Of a DNA stretch of 64,000 nt, positions 61,458-64,000 are shown in pieces; positions within the stretch are counted from its first letter, which is position 1; each line of letters opens with the position of its first letter. The translations under genes were made by a program, and so were the position numbers. This stretch comes from Bacteroidales bacterium (GTDB taxonomy: Bacteria; Bacteroidota; Bacteroidia; Bacteroidales; WCHB1-69), in assembly GCA_017535665.1 (NCBI GenBank), contig JAFXTS010000011.1, positions 12,399 through 76,398 of the forward strand. The letters are read 5' to 3'. The notes below the pieces were generated by a model. The model was not told the DNA's origin. It did not search any database and was given only the letters and a program-made list of their open reading frames with translations.

Positions 61458-64000
61458 TTATTCTGCCTTCTTTTCTTTGTTGAAGAACACAAACTGTCCG
61501 TCGTCGAGCGAGTCCACCGTGATGATGCCGTCCTTCTGGACGTTGCCTTCGAGGATGAACTTGGAGAGTTCGTTGAGCACGTTGCGCTGGATGACTCGTT
61601 TCAGCGGACGGGCACCGTACATCGGCTCGTAGCCCATCTCCACCAGCTGGTCGAGCGCGTACTTGGTGAACTCCACCTGCAGGTTCTGCTGTGCCAGCAG
61701 CTTGTTGAGGTTGTCGATCTGCATGTTCACGATGCTGCGGATCTCGCGTTTCGACAGCGGCTGGAACATCACAATCTCATCGATACGGTTGACAAACTCC
61801 GGACGCAAGGTCTTCTTCAGCAGGGCCATCACCTCCGCTTTGGTGCGCTCGAAAAGCGCCTCGTTGCTCTCGTTGCCAGCTTCGGCATAGTTGTTCTGGA
61901 TGATGTCGGAGCCGAGGTTGGAGGTCATGATGATGATGGTGTTTTTGAAGTCGGCGACACGCCCCTTGTTGTCGGTGAGCCGCCCGTCATCCAACACTTG
62001 CAGCAAGATGTTGAACACGTCGGGATGCGCCTTCTCGATTTCGTCGAACAGCACCACGGAGTAAGGGCGGCGGCGGATCTTGTCGGTCAGCTCACCACCT
62101 TCATCGTAGCCCACGTATCCTGGAGGCGCTCCGATAAGACGGCTGACGGAGAATTTCTCCTGAAATTCGCTCATATCGAACCTCACGATGGCATCCTCGG
62201 TGTTGAACAGATATTCCGCCAACGCCTTGGCCAGCTCGGTCTTACCCACGCCGGTCGTACCCATGAAGATGAACGAGCCGATCGGTTTCTTGCTGTCCTG
62301 CAGGCCGGCACGGCTCCGGCGGATGGCGTTGGCGATGGCGCTGATGGCCTCGTCTTGTCCCACCACACGCTTGTGCAGCTCCTCTTCGAGATGCAGCAGT
62401 TTCGACTTCTCGCTCTGCATCATCTTGCTGACCGGTATGCCTGTCCAGCGCGACACCACATCGGCGATGTCGTCTTCGCCCACCTCCTCATCAATCATGG
62501 CCTTGTCGCCCTGCACGGAGGTAAGCTCCTGCTGGAGTTTCTGGATTTCGTTCTCGGCGTTCTTGATGAGTCCGTAGCGCAGCTCAGCCACACGGCCGTA
62601 GTTGCCCTGCCGCTCCTCGTTGGCGGCCTCCAGCTTATAATCCTCGATGAGTTTTTTGTTCTGCTGGATCTTGTCCACGATGTCCTTCTCGGCGCGCCAC
62701 TTGGTTTCCAAGGAGTTGCGCTGCTCCTGCAATTCAGAGATGGTCTTGGAGAGTGCAGAGACTTTCTCAGGCGAGTTTTCGCGTTTGATGGCCTCGCGCT
62801 CGATCTCCAACTGGCGAATTTTACGTTCAATCTCATCCAGCTCTTCCGGCTTGGAGTTGATTTCAAGTTTCAATTTGGAAGCCGCTTCATCGATCAGGTC
62901 GATAGCTTTGTCGGGCAGGAAACGGTCGGTGATGTACCGCTGCGACAGTTCCACGGCGGCGATGAGGGCGTCGTCCATGATTCTCACATGATGGTGGTTT
63001 TCATAGCGTTCCTTCAGTCCACGCAGGATGGAGATGGCCGAGTACTTGTCGGGTTCGGCAATCAGCACGGGCTGGAAACGACGCTCGAGGGCCTTATCCT
63101 TCTCGAAGTATTTCTGGTACTCGTTGAGGGTGGTGGCACCGATGGAGCGCAGCTCGCCACGGGCCAGCGCCGGTTTCAGGATGTTGGCGGCGTCCATGGC
63201 ACCCTCGCCCGACGCACCGGCTCCCACCAACGTGTGAATCTCATCAATGAAGAGGATGATTTCGCCGTTGGAGTCAATCACCTCCTTGATGACGCTCTTC
63301 AAACGCTCCTCAAACTCGCCCTTGTATTTGGCACCGGCCACCAGCGCACCCATGTCCAATGAGTACAACTGTTTGGTTTTCAGGTTCTCGGGAATATCGC
63401 CGCTGACCAAACGGTGGGCCAGACCTTCCACGATGGCGGTTTTTCCCACGCCGGCCTCGCCAATCAGAATCGGGTTGTTTTTGGTACGGCGGGAGAGGAT
63501 TTGCAGCACACGGCGTATCTCTTCGTCACGGCCAATCACGGGGTCGAGTTTGCCTTTCCGGGCCGCCTCGTTGAGGTTGGTGGCGTACTTGTTGAGCGCG
63601 TTGTAGGTCTCTTCGCTGTCTTGCGAGGTCACCTTAGAGCCCTTCCGCAGGTCGGTGATGGCCTGTTTGGTGCCCTTCTCAGTAACACCGGCATCTTTGA
63701 GCGCCCGCGACATGTTGTCGCCAGCCATCAGGATTCCGTAGAAGAAATGCTCCAACGACACGAACTCGTCGCCCTGCTCTTGTGCGAAGACGATGGCCTT
63801 CTGCAGTGCCGCCTGTGCCCCGTTCGACAGATATATGTTGCCGCCCGACACCTTCGGCAGACTCTTGATCTCCCTTTCGGTGGCCTGTGCGATGATTTTA
63901 GGATCTACATCCTGTTTTTTCAGCAGGAACGAGATGATATTTTCGTCGGTTTCCATCATCGCCTTGAGAATATGTGACGTATCGATCTGCTGCTGCTGGT
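61458..64000 (-). CDS. clpB: ATP-dependent chaperone ClpB, N-terminus outside window
   Basis: Two AAA+ modules ([15 protein letters not shown] and [17 protein letters not shown]) with a long middle coiled coil. The frame stays open to nt 64000 (..[17 protein letters not shown]). Confidence 0.95.
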   Translation of the reverse strand, partial: QQQQIDTSHILKAMMETDENIISFLLKKQDVDPKIIAQATEREIKSLPKVSGGNIYLSNGAQAALQKAIVFAQEQGDEFVSLEHFFYGILMAGDNMSRALKDAGVTEKGTKQAITDLRKGSKVTSQDSEETYNALNKYATNLNEAARKGKLDPVIGRDEEIRRVLQILSRRTKNNPILIGEAGVGKTAIVEGLAHRLVSGDIPENLKTKQLYSLDMGALVAGAKYKGEFEERLKSVIKEVIDSNGEIILFIDEIHTLVGAGASGEGAMDAANILKPALARGELRSIGATTLNEYQKYFEKDKALERRFQPVLIAEPDKYSAISILRGLKERYENHHHVRIMDDALIAAVELSQRYITDRFLPDKAIDLIDEAASKLKLEINSKPEELDEIERKIRQLEIEREAIKRENSPEKVSALSKTISELQEQRNSLETKWRAEKDIVDKIQQNKKLIEDYKLEAANEERQGNYGRVAELRYGLIKNAENEIQKLQQELTSVQGDKAMIDEEVGEDDIADVVSRWTGIPVSKMMQSEKSKLLHLEEELHKRVVGQDEAISAIANAIRRSRAGLQDSKKPIGSFIFMGTTGVGKTELAKALAEYLFNTEDAIVRFDMSEFQEKFSVSRLIGAPPGYVGYDEGGELTDKIRRRPYSVVLFDEIEKAHPDVFNILLQVLDDGRLTDNKGRVADFKNTIIIMTSNLGSDIIQNNYAEAGNESNEALFERTKAEVMALLKKTLRPEFVNRIDEIVMFQPLSKREIRSIVNMQIDNLNKLLAQQNLQVEFTKYALDQLVEMGYEPMYGARPLKRVIQRNVLNELSKFILEGNVQKDGIITVDSLDDGQFVFFNKEKKAE

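Noticed and set aside
61998-63362. 454-aa ORF antisense to clpB, plus several smaller ones
   Set aside because: The minus frame is unmistakably ClpB, with two Walker A/B sets and a middle domain.

Overview
This 64-kb segment looks like a Bacteroidota (Bacteroidales-like) chromosome. Supporting signs are TAnnTTTG-type -7 promoter boxes, T9SS C-terminal sorting domains, a PorW/SprE-type lipoprotein and FISUMP-domain proteins. I call about 55 protein genes, one tRNA-Ser(CGA), two decayed genes, several hairpin terminators and several classes of short repeats.

The flanks are mostly ordinary housekeeping. They carry an ABC ATPase, agmatinase-like and EamA genes, an ECF sigma pair, a TAL-FabG-KAS trio and DUF1573/OmpA genes. 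They also carry mutY, ung, a nucleoside permease, ridA, a sugar MFS transporter, porW/sprE, a bactofilin, uvrC, aroB and clpB.

Two regions look accessory:
- **2.1-8.8 kb:** a three-gene operon of FISUMP-domain surface proteins next to tRNA-Ser, followed by an AT-rich islet.
- **25.4-49.2 kb:** a minus-strand island of secreted, outer-membrane and T9SS-cargo proteins built from duplicated modules. These are two TonB-type barrels, two X/Y pairs of unknown secreted proteins, FGE/SUMF1-like proteins and two regulator -> <- T9SS-cargo units, one of whose regulators has decayed to a stub. The island also holds a single-polypeptide ECF sigma / anti-sigma / GIN-domain protein, and a membrane-anchored LytTR+wHTH regulator divergent from a Cys-rich protein plus small radical-SAM operon.

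The most interesting signal is cis-regulatory. Two different families of direct repeats, each phased at exactly 21 bp (LytTR-like geometry), sit upstream of seven minus-strand operons. A conserved module of about 250 bp carrying one of these families recurs three times.

All family assignments come from motif recognition by eye. No database search, folding or statistics could be run.
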